From Batkoa obscura (taxonomy: Eukaryota), in the NCBI GenBank assembly GCA_030770535.1, contig JASVEC010000178.1, positions 1 through 35,869 on the forward strand: DNA of 35,869 bases. Reading direction: 5' to 3'. Below the pieces are notes generated by a model. The model did no database searches. It was not told the DNA's origin and saw nothing but the letters and a program-made list of their open reading frames with translations. This document shows, in pieces, positions 1 through 11,243 of this stretch. Every line of letters begins with the position of its first letter. Position 1 is the first letter of the stretch. The position numbers were made by a program, and so were the translations under genes.

Positions 1-1
1 T

Positions 2-91
2 GAGTGTACAGAGGCCACTCTCCCAAATTGTAAAGTTTACTCTTCATTTGATAGTCGCACTATGAGAACAGGGTATAGCTATGTACTTTAG
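2..91 (+). CDS. possible 3' end of a gene entering from the left edge
   Basis: Open frame ECTEATLPNCKVYSSFDSRTMRTGYSYVL* with higher GC than the AT-rich sequence after the TAG at 89-91; family not recognised. Confidence 0.3.
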   Translation, partial: ECTEATLPNCKVYSSFDSRTMRTGYSYVL

Positions 92-512
92 TTTTATATT
101 TTAACATTATACTACAAATAAATAAAACAATTATAAAAAGTTGATATGATATTTTAATTTGTCTTTTCAATTTATTTTTTTAAACGAAGTACGATAAATG
201 CATGGAATGTATTAACTGTTTCTCAACCATTATGTTAGTTAGACGCACTAAACTAATAGATATTACACTAAATTAATATAGAAACTTTGGAAAATTAATT
301 TAGTGGTGTTTAAAAAGTGAAAATCTAATACAGATTACAATCGTAAAATAAACATTTTAGTTTCTAACCATTTTAAAAAATATAATGTATTTCTGCTTAA
401 AATATGTTAGCTACATCTTACTTTTTATACAAACTAACTATCCTCTTTCTTTGAGAACAATATCTTAATATACCCCCCTCTGTAATGTTCTTTTAATAGA
501 CTTATATTAATA

Positions 513-525
513 ATGATTGGCTAAA
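513..525 (-). promoter_or_regulatory. CCAAT (Y-box) upstream of the bestrophin gene
   Basis: ATGATTGGCTAAA (reverse CCAATCA); the identical 13-mer occurs at 4967-4979 and another TGATTGG lies near 826. Confidence 0.35.
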
Positions 526-921
526 AGTGTGAAATGGGTTTTGTAATTAATTATTATAATTGATCAGAATATAGTTGTTAAATTTAAGAATTTGATAACT
601 AATTGAAGGATGATGCTGTTATTTACAATAAACATAGATTAAGTTTAATCCTATACTTCTCAGCATCAAATAGCAATAAAAACATATTATATTACAAAAT
701 AATATCAGTGCTTTTATTTTCAATACCACAATAAATGCTAATAATGTTCATACTTTGAATTTGTTCCATTAAAGAGAATTCTTTAATTTATTTTGAACCT
801 GGAATTAGAAACAAAAAATAGATTTGATTGGCAGAGTATTACGGGAGATATTGTATGGATGGGCGGTAACAAAAAGTAAGTTTATTTCACTTTGACTCTA
901 CAAAATTAATTTTATTTTAAA

Positions 922-1999
922 ATGGGAAAAAAGAACAATAACACATATAATCATTTTGAGTTAACTGCATTAAAATACAAGGGTACTGTTATCCCTCACG
1001 TACTTCCAAAGGTGATCTTTTTTGGTCTTTACACTGCCTTTCTTGTTTGTATTAATGAGTTAATCACTTCTGTTAATATTAGTATCCCTTTAACTTTAAG
1101 TTCAATTTTAAATTCTTCAATCTCTTTATTACTAGTATTTCGTACTAACACCGCCTATGATCGTTATTGGGAGGGAAGAAAGTTATGGAGTACAATGACC
1201 ACAGCGATCCGTAACTTAGTAAGAATTCTTTTGGTAAATGTACCAACGAATAATGACCAAGAGTATTTGGAAAAAATGAGTGTAATGGATTTGTTGATTG
1301 CGTATCCAATTTCAGTCAAACATTATCTTAGAGAAGAACATGGTTCTGACTATTCGGATATGAGAGAGCGCCTTAAGTATATTCCTGAATATTCTATTCC
1401 ATCTGCATTAAACTCAAGCGGTAATCAAGCTCGTCGTTCAATTAATTTGGACAAAGGAACTAATCTTCCTTTGGATATCAAAATGTATTTATCTTCATTT
1501 ATTAAGCATCAGCAAGACCTTGGGAATTTATCCGTTCCAGTAGCTACCCAGTTGCTAAATAATCTGACTATTTTAGTAGACTGTTTAAATGGATTTGAAC
1601 GTATTTTAAGAACCCCTATTCCACTTGCTTATTCTATCCACCTTTCACAAATTGTTTGGGCCTATTGCTTATTTTTACCCTTCCAGTTGATGGGTACCCC
1701 AGCACGCGTAGTTGGTAGTGCAGTGATAAAAGGGTATTCCTGGGGTACTATCCCAGTTATGTGTATGTTAACTTTTACTTTTTTTGGTGTTATTAATATT
1801 GGTGAAGAGATTGGTAAGTTTTATTTTATTACAATTTTTTAAATAACTCTATATTGTAATTTTATTTTTAATAGAAAATCCATTTGGTTATGATCGTAAT
1901 GACTTACCTTTAGATGATTTCTGTAACATTTTGGAAGAAGAGATCTTGTCTTTAGCCAAATACAAACCACCAAAAGTTTCTTCATGGTTAGTTAAATAA
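922..1999 (+). CDS. bestrophin / UPF0187 (RFP-TM) anion channel; exons 922-1813 and 1875-1999, 338 aa
   Basis: Motifs LLLVFRTNTAYDRYWEGRKLW and ERILRTPIPLAY. The ORF-track C-terminus is intron read-through: removing a 61-nt GTAAGT...ATAG intron (1814-1874) restores GEEIENPFGYDRNDLPLD and ends at TAA 1997-1999. Confidence 0.93.
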
Positions 2000-2066
2000 A
2001 AGTTAATATTCGTATTCTGAAATCATTAACATATTTTGATTTATGAATTCAATAATATTTTATTTT

Positions 2067-3908
2067 TTAAAATAAGTTATGAACTAACTGAGAAAGGGAA
2101 TCCTTATTATATAAGATATACTTTGAAGGGTTCTTTGAAAAATCAGTTGAGATAAAGCGTTCTTGGTTTCTAGAATAAATTGGTAACAAAATCTTCAAAA
2201 TTTGATCAATTAATTTTTGCTTTAATTCAGGATCACTGATAGTATAAGCCTTATGTTGTTTGACAATTTCTTCTATATTCTGATTGAAATTTTTGAATTT
2301 GTCTTTGATATTACTACGCTCGCTACTACTTAGACTCGAGTTAGAATTCAAATTAATTCGTGTTAAATTGGTATCAGTTAAGCATTCTAAACAAGATTTC
2401 CAAGATTCATGATACTGATCCATTGAGCGTTTCAATGTCTTTTCCATAAATTGTAATTTATTTTCATGGATATATTTATTCAAATTATTCACATTCAATG
2501 ACTTTTGAAGATAAAAAATATTATTCATCAGAAAAATTGCCCTTAAAGTAGAGTTCTTATAGCCCTTAGATTTTGCTTCAACGTATTGCAAAAGAGAATC
2601 CATAACATTGGTGAAATACTTCATGCTCAGAGTTTCATATTCATAATTGTCTTCCGTCTTTACGCAAGAATGAGCTCTCCCCAACGTCTTGAGATTACTT
2701 TCTACAGTATTTGGATATTCTAAAATTCTCTTTATGAAATTCAATGCACTGGAAGCCATCTCATGAACAGTACCATCTTGAGATAGAGTAGTTTGGTTTT
2801 TAATTCCTCCACGAATATCCTCCAAAAACGCGGGTAAAGATTTCATTAATGTCTTTGTTATATTTTGAATCAAATCTTGGAAATTGTTTTCGTTTAACCC
2901 AGCTTTAGAATAAATACCTAAAATATCATTCTGATAAAACAATAAATTTTCTAATATATCATATAATAAAAAGATTTCATTATGTAAATCTTTTTTGGCA
3001 TAAGCAAAAAGTTGTTCTCCAGTTTCAACGTATTTACTTAAGCTAGTATTAATGCTTTCACCATACTCATTGCTAAACTCGCCAGATTTAAGTAATCTTT
3101 TCAAATTCATCTCTTCTTGCTGTAATAAATTAATCAGATCTCGTGTATATGGAATATAAGGGCATGTTCCTTTTTGATAAGTAGATCCTTGACTAACTTG
3201 CTCTTTTGAATTAGGATTACACTTTCTGATATGTGACTGCATACAATCCAACAGCAATTTATTACGCGACTCAGATAAAACTCTCAACAAGTTCCCACTT
3301 TGTTTTAAATTTAAGTCGATTTCTACCTTGTTTGTATACTCAATAATTTCCAACAACTGACTTAAACTATCCTCTTTAATGTCTAATATTTGCTCAAAGG
3401 ACTCGCCTTCAATCATCTGGCTTTGATCCTGTAATATATTTTTGAAACTTTGTAACAAATGTTGTAAAACTGCTTTGAGCACTTGGTTGACTTGTCCCTG
3501 TGCCTTTATGGAATGTTTCAGTTTGCTTTTCTCTAAATAGGACCTAGCTTCTCGCATACTATCGACTGCTTTCAAATAAGATTTCAAATCTTGTTTTGGA
3601 CCTGCTAATAAAATTGGTTCTTGTTGTTGAGCTATATCCATTTGCTGTATAGTACTCGTTAAACTATGAACTGTTACTTCTACATTTTCATTAAATCTTT
3701 TCAACTTTTGAGTAAGCTCATGTATTGGCAATATACTTGTCTCTAGCTTGGTCAATCTATCGTCAAAGTTTCCCAACATTTGGTAAGCCTTTATACTCTT
3801 TTCATTGTTCAATTTTAAGTGGCTTTTCAATGTCTCTAATTGATTGGTCTCTTGTTCGATTTTATATGCTAGCTCTCGGTTAGTTTGAAATAAATTGCTG
3901 TTCTCCAT
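2067..3908 (-). CDS. EXO70: exocyst complex subunit Exo70, 613 aa
   Basis: N-terminal coiled coil; DGTVHE, AIFLMNN, ERSNIKDKFKNFN, YTISDPELK and C-terminal KNPSKYILY motifs typical of Exo70. Confidence 0.93.
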   Translation of the reverse strand: MENSNLFQTNRELAYKIEQETNQLETLKSHLKLNNEKSIKAYQMLGNFDDRLTKLETSILPIHELTQKLKRFNENVEVTVHSLTSTIQQMDIAQQQEPILLAGPKQDLKSYLKAVDSMREARSYLEKSKLKHSIKAQGQVNQVLKAVLQHLLQSFKNILQDQSQMIEGESFEQILDIKEDSLSQLLEIIEYTNKVEIDLNLKQSGNLLRVLSESRNKLLLDCMQSHIRKCNPNSKEQVSQGSTYQKGTCPYIPYTRDLINLLQQEEMNLKRLLKSGEFSNEYGESINTSLSKYVETGEQLFAYAKKDLHNEIFLLYDILENLLFYQNDILGIYSKAGLNENNFQDLIQNITKTLMKSLPAFLEDIRGGIKNQTTLSQDGTVHEMASSALNFIKRILEYPNTVESNLKTLGRAHSCVKTEDNYEYETLSMKYFTNVMDSLLQYVEAKSKGYKNSTLRAIFLMNNIFYLQKSLNVNNLNKYIHENKLQFMEKTLKRSMDQYHESWKSCLECLTDTNLTRINLNSNSSLSSSERSNIKDKFKNFNQNIEEIVKQHKAYTISDPELKQKLIDQILKILLPIYSRNQERFISTDFSKNPSKYILYNKDSLSQLVHNLF

Positions 3909-4033
3909 TAAAACAAAATGATGAATTCAAAAAAGTGCCATTTTGTATATTTTTTTGATTTGTTGAAAAACGATCCAATAAGTTGTTGTTTTCGAAATGA
4001 TTATTGCCTACTGAAAATTTTTCATCAGGATAT

Positions 4034-4131
4034 GGGAGTGTTTTTTTTGACTTTATTATTTTTTCCATTTTTAAGCGCTATTTAAGCGGAAAAATTGCTA
4101 GTAAAATTCTTAAATACAAAAATACATCCCC
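4034..4131 (+). mobile_element. MITE family A copy 1 (98 bp)
   Basis: GGGAGTG...CATCCCC termini with ATAT on both sides (4030-4033, 4132-4135). Strand + means the GGG-T-run-TTCATT end is on the left. Confidence 0.92.
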
Positions 4132-4169
4132 ATATGAAGTTTACAAAAATTGCTCAGATAAACCTATTT

Positions 4170-4259
4170 GGAGATGTTTTTTGATTTCATTGCTTTTTCC
4201 ATCTTTTAAGCACTATTTGAATGAAAAGATTGTTGAAGTTAAACAAAAGAATACATCCC
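4170..4259 (+). mobile_element. MITE family A copy 2 (90 bp, internal deletion)
   Basis: GGAGATG...CATCCC with ATTT duplicated on both sides. Confidence 0.88.
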
Positions 4260-4305
4260 ATTTATTAGAATTGAGGATAAACCCATTTTAACCTACTTTA
4301 GATGT

Positions 4306-4440
4306 TAATGTATCTCTGAATAAAACGGAACTTATGATAAAAAGGCACTAACTAATCAAACTATCAATACTTTTCTATAGGCTGATTTAATTAGTTGGTG
4401 TCTTTTTATCGTAAGCTCCGTTTTATTGAGAGATACATTA
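4306..4440. mobile_element. foldback element / long-TIR MITE (135 bp)
   Basis: Arm TAATGTATCTCTGAATAAAACGGAACTTATGATAAAAAGGCACTAACTAATCAA matches the reverse complement of the right arm at 48/54; the outer TA on each side could be a TA target duplication. Confidence 0.8.
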
Positions 4441-4794
4441 GTTGAAATGCTATATAGAGGCTTTATATTCAATGCTTTATAAGCAAACTCGTTTCAATGG
4501 AATGATTAAAAAAGTAGAAAGGAAATGAATTTTAATGTTCGCAGCTTTGTTAATCGTTTTTCGCTCTATTCTTTATGAAGTTTTATTAAGATGTTCGTTT
4601 AAGTTTAATCAAGTTCAAAAGTTGTTACTTTTGAAATTCAACTAAGGCTAATAAATTATTAAAATTCACCTTTTTAAAATATATAATAAAATGTAAAGTA
4701 CTTTAGAATATACTGGTATCTTTATAAATACGATAATATTCTACAGTTCTTCCAGTCATAATTATATTGTTTCTACTTTAGGCAACCATATTAC

Positions 4795-4942
4795 TATACT
4801 AGAAGAGGTATTGATTAATCACTCCTCAAAAACTGATTTTTTTAGTAAAATACAAAGAAGTAATTAATTTAATAAAATCTTGATATGCTTTACTAAATAA
4901 ATCATTTTTTGGGAGTAGTTATCTGAAATCTTTCCTAGTATA
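4795..4942. repeat. degenerate long inverted repeat (second foldback element)
   Basis: TATACTAG...ACTCC..AAAAA.TGATTT.TTTAGTAAA is mirrored by TTTACTAAATAAATCATTTTTTGGGAGT...CTAGTATA; arms of about 60 bp. Confidence 0.6.
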
Positions 4943-4966
4943 TTGTATCCTTCACTCAAAGTACCT

Positions 4967-4979
4967 ATGATTGGCTAAA
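4967..4979 (-). promoter_or_regulatory. CCAAT (Y-box) upstream of the dynactin gene
   Basis: ATGATTGGCTAAA about 130 bp upstream of the ATG, plus a forward CCAATCA near 5006. Confidence 0.4.
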
Positions 4980-5106
4980 TTCAGCTTTTTTTTTCATACT
5001 TTAATCCAATCATTTCATATTTTTTGACGTTTTCATAAAAATCTGAGTATGATATTTTTTTGTCAGAGTACAAAAAATAATTTCATCATTAAAGTTGTCA
5101 AGTAAG

Positions 5107-8100
5107 ATGAGTGAGTCTAAAGTTCGGAACATGCCAACTAGTGATACTAAAGCTATTCCAACATCTAAGGTAAGCATGAAAGAAATGGGAGGCTATAAAC
5201 TTGGCGATTTAGTTTATGTCTTGGGCATGAGGTGTACTATTCGTTGGCTAGGTGAAACTGAGTTTAAAGAAGGAGAATGGGTTGGTGTTGAACTGTTTTT
5301 ACCCAAAGGTAGGAACGATGGTACGGTTCAGGGAAAGAGATACTTCGACTGTAAGCCAAACTGTGGTATGTTCACCCGTATTGAAATCGTGAGCAAGACC
5401 CCTAAATCAATACGTGAGCTCAAAAAGTTAGCTAAAAAAAGCCCAACAACTGATGAAAAGCCGATTGTTGATGTCGATGCTAATGTCGATGCCTATGCCG
5501 ATGTCAAATCTCCAAAGGAGGATGAAATAAAAGACTTTGCTCCAATAAATATGGACTTTAAGGAGGGTGAGCCTGTACCATATTCAGAAGTCCAAGAATT
5601 GTGTGCCAGGATCAAACATTTGGAAGCTGCAAGGGCCAGAGATCGTGAAAATAGCTCCATAACTGAGAAGGACATTGAAAATGCAAAAAAATTCAATGCA
5701 ATTTATCCAAGATTAAACGCCCAGTTTAAGCAAAGGCTTGAAGAAAATACAAAACTTAAAAGTGACAAGGAAGCTCTTGAGTCCGAATTAAAATACATTA
5801 AAGAGGAAAGAGAGATGGATCTTGGACTTATTAAACAGCTTGAGGATGCATTGGATGAATCACAAGAAGTAATTAAAAATTATGAACAGAAGCTCATGTC
5901 CATGAATGATGATAATGAGTTCAAGATAGCTGCGCAATCTATTCCAGAGAGTGATTTAGTTCCAGATACACCTGATAGGGAAGGTTATCCTATCAAAGCT
6001 CTTAGAGAGATAAAAGAGAAGGACGCTCAGATAGAAAAAGCTAAAGATATTATTCGTCGTTTCAGGGATTCTAAATTCGATATGGAATATCGTCTTCGTC
6101 AAGAGATCAAAGTATTAGAAGAAAAGGTAGCAGTCAGTAACGATGGTAAGGAAGAAATTGTCACACTTAAGAAGCAACTTGCAGATGCTCAAGGAACCAT
6201 TCGTATATTAGACGATAATTTGGAAAGCTTAAAGACTGTTAAGGAGACTTTTGATACTTTAAGTCAAAGTAATATCGAATTGCGTGACAAAGTTAAATTC
6301 CTTTCAAAAGAAAATGATGAGCTTGAAGCTAGCACTGCTATTAACCAGGAACTTAGAACTAAAGACCGTGAAAGACTTGTGAAGGCTTTGGATGAAATTG
6401 ACGTCATGAAGGCAGATTTAGATGATTGCTACGAAGCTTTAGAAGCTTTAAATGAAGAAGTAATCGAAAGAGATGCTCATATCACGGAATATCGTCAATA
6501 TATCCTAACTCTTAAAGAAGACATTAACGAACTTCAAGAAGTACTTAGTTCACAACAAAGTGAAGCTATAACTCTGAGATCAGAAACTGATAAGATGTTA
6601 GGCCTTAATCTCAGTCTTCAAAACATGGTATTTAAGTCAAAAGCAAAGGCTGTTGATATGGAGCTTAAAAAAATTGAAGCTAATGAAGCATCAATTCATC
6701 TCAAATGTATTATCCCTTATCTTCCAAAATCTTTCTATGAAAATGAAACTGATTCGTTAAATTTCTTCCTTCAGCTTTTAAGGGTATATTCGAAGGTTGA
6801 ATTATGTGGTCGACAAGTTTGTGCTTCACACCCAATTACTTCAATTGATACATTAATTGGTGGATCTGGAAATGATGTAATGTCCCTTAGCACTATAGTC
6901 ACACATAATTTCGAGTTCAAACATCGATTAAATCAACTCAATTTAATACTTAAATCATTTATTTCCCACGTAAAGTCTTGCTCTGTGCCTCAATACCTTT
7001 CTATTTCGCGTTTAAGCCAAGATCTCACTAATATTGAAGGTACTGTTGATACGCTTTTAGATGAAGCCAAGCAAGAACTTTTAGTACCATCCAACCATAT
7101 GTCCAATATTGAAAAAGTTGTTGATAATGCAACTTATTTACGTGAATCTTATGTTACCCCAAATGCTACTCATCCTTTAGTAAAATCATCCCAAGCACTT
7201 GAAACATTGATTGCCCTTTTTAACTCTCAAGATCTCATCCTATCTAAAATGGCATTAATCAATCGTTCAATCACCTCTCCTACTGAATTGGATCTATTTA
7301 GTAAAATCTCAGATGACGAAAGAACCTTAGTTAACTCTGATCTTTTACGTCCTTTGAATGAACTTATGAAAGTAATATTTAGCTTTAAATCTACTTTGGG
7401 TTCTATTCAACGCTTTATTGATGAAAAAGTAGATGAGTCTACTATGATTCGATCAGAGTTACAAGATATTATTATTAGCCAATACCAAAATAACGAAAAG
7501 TTTGTTAAATATGCTTGTAAAGTATCATCCAGTATTATTTCTTATATCAAGGATACATCAATGAATGATGAAAATCTCACATTCGATGGTTTAAAACAAA
7601 CTTTAATCAGAGCTTCTAAGGAATCTGGATTTGAATCTGACTCTGAAGTGTTATTTGACGAACAAAAGCAATTCTTTAGTTCACTAGTAGACCAATTTAA
7701 AGAGCTACAAAGTGTAGTTACTAAAGACAATACATTAACGAAACTAGAAATAACTTCACCATGGGAGGTTAGAGCTAAACAAATAAGTAAAGAGCTCTTA
7801 GAAAGTGACGTTACTGAAAAGAAGATGAATAGCCTTCAAAGTGAGAACAAAACATTATTCGCGTCCAATAGAAAGAATTTGGAATTACTATCTGATAAAG
7901 ATCTTGAAGTTGAGTTCCTTAAATTTAGAAATAATGAGCTCACTGAGAAGCTGGAAGAATTCAATACTATTTCGACTCAACTAAAAGAAGCCAATGAAAA
8001 GGAAGTACTATATAACCAAGAAATTGAAAGAATCTATGGTGAGAAGAAGAAACTTGAGCAAGATGTCGTTAAATTTAAGGAATTGGCTGAAAATTTAACT

Positions 8101-8562
8101 GTAGAAACTAAAGAGGATGATGGTACTACCGTACATAATAACGAGGCTCTAGAGGATATTAATAGGAATGTCAATAGTGATATGTTATTCCAAGTTACAG
8201 CTGATTTAGTTGCGAACCAAAGAATAGGAAATATTGGCCATTTGGTTAAAATTATTTCCGAAGAAGTCAAATACATCAAAGCAGCTGATTTTACAAGAAG
8301 CCATGATTTAGTGGAGTTAAATTCATATTCAAATGCTAATCAAGAAGAATTAAAGAGTATTGTCGTGACAAATGATTTTGGAGACATTTTAGCTGAAGAA
8401 ATCACAGACTATTTCATTAATGGTGGTAGCAGCCTTTTATCTTCAACTGTTAGCAATAAATTGGAGCGTGAAGATGGATTAAGCAAAAAAATTGATGAGT
8501 TTAAAAACTTAGCTTCAAAGTTTACCTCAACTTCTAAGGCTTTAGATGATAGTGATTACTAG
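5107..8562 (+). CDS. DCTN1: dynactin p150Glued (DCTN1/Nip100/RO-3 homolog), about 1151 aa
   Basis: N-terminal CAP-Gly domain (GEWVGVEL..PKGRNDGTVQGKRYFDCKPNCGMF), long coiled coil, dynactin domain (KAVDMELKKIEA...YLP), PWEVRA motif and second coiled coil. First ATG is at 5107; the ORF track starts at a TTG. Confidence 0.92.
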   Translation: MSESKVRNMPTSDTKAIPTSKVSMKEMGGYKLGDLVYVLGMRCTIRWLGETEFKEGEWVGVELFLPKGRNDGTVQGKRYFDCKPNCGMFTRIEIVSKTPKSIRELKKLAKKSPTTDEKPIVDVDANVDAYADVKSPKEDEIKDFAPINMDFKEGEPVPYSEVQELCARIKHLEAARARDRENSSITEKDIENAKKFNAIYPRLNAQFKQRLEENTKLKSDKEALESELKYIKEEREMDLGLIKQLEDALDESQEVIKNYEQKLMSMNDDNEFKIAAQSIPESDLVPDTPDREGYPIKALREIKEKDAQIEKAKDIIRRFRDSKFDMEYRLRQEIKVLEEKVAVSNDGKEEIVTLKKQLADAQGTIRILDDNLESLKTVKETFDTLSQSNIELRDKVKFLSKENDELEASTAINQELRTKDRERLVKALDEIDVMKADLDDCYEALEALNEEVIERDAHITEYRQYILTLKEDINELQEVLSSQQSEAITLRSETDKMLGLNLSLQNMVFKSKAKAVDMELKKIEANEASIHLKCIIPYLPKSFYENETDSLNFFLQLLRVYSKVELCGRQVCASHPITSIDTLIGGSGNDVMSLSTIVTHNFEFKHRLNQLNLILKSFISHVKSCSVPQYLSISRLSQDLTNIEGTVDTLLDEAKQELLVPSNHMSNIEKVVDNATYLRESYVTPNATHPLVKSSQALETLIALFNSQDLILSKMALINRSITSPTELDLFSKISDDERTLVNSDLLRPLNELMKVIFSFKSTLGSIQRFIDEKVDESTMIRSELQDIIISQYQNNEKFVKYACKVSSSIISYIKDTSMNDENLTFDGLKQTLIRASKESGFESDSEVLFDEQKQFFSSLVDQFKELQSVVTKDNTLTKLEITSPWEVRAKQISKELLESDVTEKKMNSLQSENKTLFASNRKNLELLSDKDLEVEFLKFRNNELTEKLEEFNTISTQLKEANEKEVLYNQEIERIYGEKKKLEQDVVKFKELAENLTVETKEDDGTTVHNNEALEDINRNVNSDMLFQVTADLVANQRIGNIGHLVKIISEEVKYIKAADFTRSHDLVELNSYSNANQEELKSIVVTNDFGDILAEEITDYFINGGSSLLSSTVSNKLEREDGLSKKIDEFKNLASKFTSTSKALDDSDY

Positions 8563-9580
8563 TTTGGTGAACTTGTCCTATGTCGTGCTTTAACCATAAA
8601 TAAGTCAATTATGGTTGAAGATGTTTTTTAGTATAACCCTTCTTAACTTGGATTTCAGACGTTTACCTAGCTTTTCCAAAGCATATAGTAATAATGTTAA
8701 TAGCCTAAATTACCATATTTACCTGATTTTATAATATTTTATTTAACCAGTTCTATCCTTTTGTTTCGTAGAAAATTATTTGATTCAAACAGTTTCTTTT
8801 TCTTTGACAATATTAAAATTTATACAATATGTGATAATTAATTTTCAAAAAAAAATAGCTCCGATATTCATTGTGTATTAACCTTATTTTAAAAATCTTT
8901 AGGGGATGTATAATAATCAGTATTAAGTTTATTTTAGAGCTTTTAATTTAATAGATATAATTTAAAAATAACATTAGCTTAAGAATGCATTAGCAGTTAA
9001 AAATTAAAAATGTATCCTACATATTATGCCAACGGTATTTCAATCAAGAAACATATACCAAACCAAGTAGAAATGTGTAAGAAAACTAAAAGATATAATA
9101 GCCATTCACCAAAGTTAAATATACAAGTCTAAGTGGTTGGAGAGTATTTTACCATGCAATTTGTGTGAGAACTTATGTGGTCAATTTGGAAAGTAAAAAT
9201 TTGAAAGTAAAATAAAAACTAAATCGATTTATAAATAATGTTCATTTGTAGTAGTAAAGTACTATTTATATAGTATTGTTTGAAATAAAAGTTATAACAG
9301 GATTATAGTTGACTTTATTGTTTTTGTTCTTTTATCTTTTTGTAATTTTAAGTTGATTTTATAAATTTACATAAAATTATTATCTAAAAATAATTGTGAA
9401 AGTTTCAATGGCTGCTATAAAACTAAATAAGCTGCAGTCCACTATTGAAGAATTTCTAACAATAAAAATGTCAAATTTACTAAAGTAGTTTATACGTTCG
9501 ACGACTTATTTTAACAATTCTCATCATAGTTATGTTATGATAAAAGTGTAATAAATTTTGCAATAAACCGAAATTATATT

Positions 9581-9676
9581 GAGGATGTTTTTTTTGGGTT
9601 CATTTTTTCCATTTTTTAAGCACCATTTGAGTAGAATAATTATTAGTAAAATTCTCAAATACAAAAATACATTCTC
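9581..9676 (+). mobile_element. MITE family A copy 3 (diverged)
   Basis: GAGGATG...CATTCTC with the family core TTAGTAAAATTCT; flanks TATT/ATTT are imperfect. Confidence 0.85.
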
Positions 9677-10400
9677 ATTTAAGTTCTAAAAAATCATGTG
9701 ACATTCAGAGATAGAAACAACAAAACTATTATAAACTAAAAATAAAAGCTAAAAGGTTTAGATGGTCTATTCATATATTAAAAAGTTGATATTTCTAAGG
9801 AAATTTTAAGGTAGTGGAGCGTCTATGGGCACGTAACTAAATACCTATGTAAATATTCAATATTGGTGAAAAGAAGGGTGGTTCAACTTAAAACATAGAT
9901 AATTTAATGAGATGTAGTTGATTAAAGTCCAATCAAACTGTTCAAACCGGCTAACTAAAAGCTAAATTTGTTTAATCTCACTTATAGAGTATGTTCAAAT
10001 GAAGCTTGTGTAAATTATTAAAAAGCTTAAACTTAAAGTGACATTCCTTTGTTTATAATAATTTAAGATGACATTGAAATTTGAGTTATTATCTAAAACT
10101 TTATTGGAAATTTTCAAATACATAGAACCAGTTGAATTGTCTATATTTTTTGAGTAAAGACACCTTTAAAGTTGTAAGTAATGTAGTCAAAAAAACTTAA
10201 CGTATTATATATAAATTGAATCAAGTTATAGGATGATGTAAAGGCATATATGACAATGTTGGAAATATAAAGTTTGAAAAGTATTGGGATTATCAAGAAG
10301 AGTTTATCATAAAAAACGGGTCCTTGAAACATTTAAATATGGCTGATAAGACTATGAAATATTTGGTTTATTAAATATAATTTCTTTAACTTATCAAAGG

Positions 10401-11243
10401 GCAATCGCTATTACAAATAGTAAGGATGGTCGGGATGGTGACGATAACAGCTGTGGTCACTTTGATGGCTAGAAAAATAATAATTGTGATCAATTTGGTG
10501 ACTGGGACGACAATATCGACAACAAATGTGGTGATAACTGGGTTAATATCGTCAATAATGATCATGGGATTAATTACAATGTGGACAATAACAACTGGAA
10601 TCATGATAGTAACAATTATCTATACAATATCATTATTAATTACAATGGCAATAATCCTATGATGCTCTAATTGAACTTAGCAAAACTGAAAAAGATGAGG
10701 CTTGACTTGATTTAGTATTTTATATTGTTACGTGAGCTAGATCCTTCAAAGTTACACCAGCTAGAAGAGTTTGAAATTATTGAGCATAATTTACTTGTTG
10801 GACAGTGTACTGTCAGCTTAAGTCCAACTAGCTTGAAAGCATTCAAACTAAATTCAATATGAAATACATCTCTTGATCGATTAGATAACCTTAAAACAAA
10901 GCCCACTAGCTTAAAATACTAACTCTAGAATCAGGAAGAGATATTAATGCTAGTGTTGAGAAATTACTAGTGCTACTTTTATTTCAAATTTAGATTTAAC
11001 AATTGATAGAAATGTTCATTTTGATACCGAGTTATTTTGCGGCTTGAGACAACTCAAGAGTATAAAACTATTGAAATCATTCACTTTGATGGCGACATAT
11101 TTAGGCTTGAAATTTTAGGCAATACATTCAAACTAGGTAAGAATGATCTCTATAATGAAAAGTGCAATTCAATTAAGTTTTTAAGTCTATCAAAAAAACC
11201 GACTTTAAAGTTCTTGATGCCACACTTAAGACTTTTGCTATTT
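10401..11243 (+). pseudogene. decayed gene, N/D-rich tract followed by leucine-rich segments (possibly F-box/LRR-like)
   Basis: One frame reads ...DNSCGHFDG*KNNNCDQFGDWDD...LNLAKLKKMRL...LDPSKLHQLEEFEII..., with stops at 10470, 10668, 10713, 10860 and 10920. The 11037 ORF is in the same frame and is cut by a MITE at 11244. Confidence 0.5.

Noticed and set aside
266..305. 12-bp inverted repeat CACTAAATTAAT/ATTAATTTAGTG
   Set aside because: Short and AT-rich; plausible by chance.
3880..4291. ORFs 3880-4068 and 4004-4291
   Set aside because: Largely made of MITE sequence, with no protein family features.
5493..8279. Short minus-strand ORFs inside dynactin
   Set aside because: Antisense shadows of a long CDS.
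10386..10662. Hydrophobic ORFs 10386-10604 and 10426-10662 as membrane peptides
   Set aside because: Out-of-frame readings of the N/D-rich pseudogene tract.
10401..10930. Stop-codon reassignment explaining the in-frame stops
   Set aside because: All three stop types occur, and intact genes have no internal stops and end in TAA, TAG or TGA.
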